This document shows, in pieces, positions 31,007-32,000 of a stretch of 32,000 bases of DNA. Source of the DNA: Candidatus Methylomirabilis oxygeniifera (lineage in GTDB: Bacteria; Methylomirabilota; Methylomirabilia; Methylomirabilales; Methylomirabilaceae); the NCBI GenBank assembly GCA_000091165.1, contig FP565575.1, positions 2,640,001 to 2,672,000 of the forward strand, written 5' to 3'. Each line of letters begins with the position of its first letter. Position 1 is the first letter of the stretch. Position numbers and translations under genes: made by a program. The notes beneath the pieces were generated by a model. The model ran no database searches, was not told the origin of the DNA, and saw only the letters and a list, made by a program, of their open reading frames with translations.

Positions 31007-31450
31007 ATGTTGCAACAATGGGTGAGACTCGCTCTACTCCTCGCTTTGGTTGTGATGCTCCCACTTCTCGATCCGAATCCTGCACTTGCCGGTCAGGAGA
31101 TCACGGCCGCAGTCGCCTATGCGGGGAGCCCATCCTTTGCGGATACCATGGCAAATTCCCGAACTACTTTCGCCTCCAGCGACGGCATCAGCTTTGCGGC
31201 ATTCATCGATACCGATGGCCTGTCTTGGTCCTCAGTAACCATACAGGCGTATATCTTCGACCAACTGGGTAAACTGCGACATGTGGAAACCACCTCGTTT
31301 AGCAACTCGTTTAGTGGAGGGCTCTGGCGTTTGGGAGTGACCGTGGGCGCTGGAATACTTCCGACCGGACAGTATCGGTGGCTGGTGGCCGTGATCGGGA
31401 ATGACGGGACCACCTTTGCCTCGACGCTTCAACCTCTCGTAATTCAGTAG
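31007..31450 (+). CDS. Small secreted hypothetical protein
   Basis: 147 aa from ATG 31007 with a GGAGG SD at 30995-30999. It has a signal peptide MLQQWVRLALLLALVVMLPLLDPNPALA and a beta-rich, S/T/G-rich mature part. No family was recognised. Confidence 0.55.
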   Translation: MLQQWVRLALLLALVVMLPLLDPNPALAGQEITAAVAYAGSPSFADTMANSRTTFASSDGISFAAFIDTDGLSWSSVTIQAYIFDQLGKLRHVETTSFSNSFSGGLWRLGVTVGAGILPTGQYRWLVAVIGNDGTTFASTLQPLVIQ

Positions 31451-31778
31451 CGGGGAGCGTAGTTGGGCTAATGAGGGTACAACAACACGAGCTGCCGGCA
31501 ATGCTCGCGCATGTACATCGTCACATGGCCCTTGTGGAGTAAGAGTTCGTTCCTCACCGCGGGCCAATCGTATCCTGGAGGCGACAATACGACGCGACTC
31601 AGTAGTACCCGGTTCATTTTAAGTACAACTTACGCAGAGTTTTTATTGATGGGGATTTCCGAGCATGTCAAGGTGTAAACCATTTCGAGCTACGTCAGAA
31701 AACTGTATCCTTATAACACAAGAAGTTACAAACCTCGAAATGCTGATGTTACATTTAACCGGACACTACTGGACGCGG

Positions 31779-31880
31779 CTATTTAATGAATATCGCGAAG
31801 ATCGCTCCGATAATGAGGAGAGCGATCAATGCCACGAACGGAAGAAGCAGCAGTGGGTAATCTCGAAGCTTGAGGCGCAT
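31779..31880 (-). CDS. Possible 33-aa single-TM membrane peptide
   Basis: Below the ORF-track size cut-off and translated by hand from the minus strand: MRLKLRDYPLLLLPFVALIALLIIGAIFAIFIK. A GGAG lies 8 nt upstream of the ATG. It follows the stop (31902-31904) of a minus-strand ORF that enters from beyond the window end. Confidence 0.3.
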   Translation of the reverse strand: MRLKLRDYPLLLLPFVALIALLIIGAIFAIFIK

Positions 31881-32000
31881 ACGATCTCCGAAGCTAAATA
31901 TTTAAGTGCTGTAGGCTGGGATGAGTGATGCGAATCCCGGCAGTTGGCTTACTTCCATCGATACGCCGCAACGTCCGGTGATACCGCCAAGGTCATTGAG

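Noticed and set aside
30853-31272. 139-aa + strand ORF and the antisense ORFs 31117..31413 and 31232..31567
   Set aside because: The first runs through the terminator hairpin and is R/G-rich. The antisense ones overlap the 31007..31450 frame, which alone has an SD and a signal peptide.
1-32000. Search by eye for CRISPR arrays, tRNA/rRNA/tmRNA genes, IS elements, integrases and long terminal repeats
   Set aside because: I saw no regularly spaced repeats, no tRNA-like T-arm consensus in non-coding gaps and no transposase- or integrase-like ORFs. A computational scan (tRNAscan-SE, Infernal, ISEScan) is still needed for certainty.

Overview
High-GC (about 60%) chromosomal segment from a diderm (Gram-negative-type) bacterium, since Pal and LptF/LptG are encoded. 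The taxon cannot be determined from the sequence alone. I saw no rRNA, tRNA, CRISPR array, transposase or integrase. Layout: (i) 1-5.05 kb is a small accessory/defence patch. It holds a type II R-M pair, a 3' remnant of an inositol-monophosphatase gene, a BASS-family transporter, a MntA/HepT toxin-antitoxin pair, a possible DNA-methylase N-terminal remnant and a lower-GC orphan ORF. (ii) 5.08-9.42 kb is an AttEFGH-like ABC system (ATPase, fused double-FtsX permease, CrtC/lipocalin-like exported protein). (iii) 9.67-14.95 kb is envelope housekeeping (pal, an ArsB/NhaD-type transporter, a metallophosphoesterase, lptF-lptG). (iv) 15.09-30.69 kb is a ~15.6-kb lipid-biosynthesis cluster and is my main candidate for an undescribed system. 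Its core has the synteny of a bacterial ceramide pathway: fatty acyl-AMP/ACP ligase, SDR-type reductase, ACP and a serine-palmitoyltransferase-like alpha-oxoamine synthase, with a large GNAT-like N-acyltransferase nearby. That core is joined to an unusually rich head-group/activation module: a LicC-like and a MobA-like nucleotidyltransferase, a DIPPS-like CDP-alcohol phosphotransferase, a DAGK-family lipid kinase, a Tam41-like nucleotidyltransferase, a membrane desaturase, an FkbM methyltransferase, an MsbA-like ABC exporter and a DUF2141 exported protein. I infer that it makes a phospho-sphingolipid-like outer-membrane lipid with an unknown head group. (v) 30.69-32.0 kb contains a hairpin-rich untranslated stretch ending in a strong intrinsic terminator, a small secreted protein gene and an AT-richer tail with a possible 33-aa membrane peptide. 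All family assignments come from motif recognition by eye. No database search was run.
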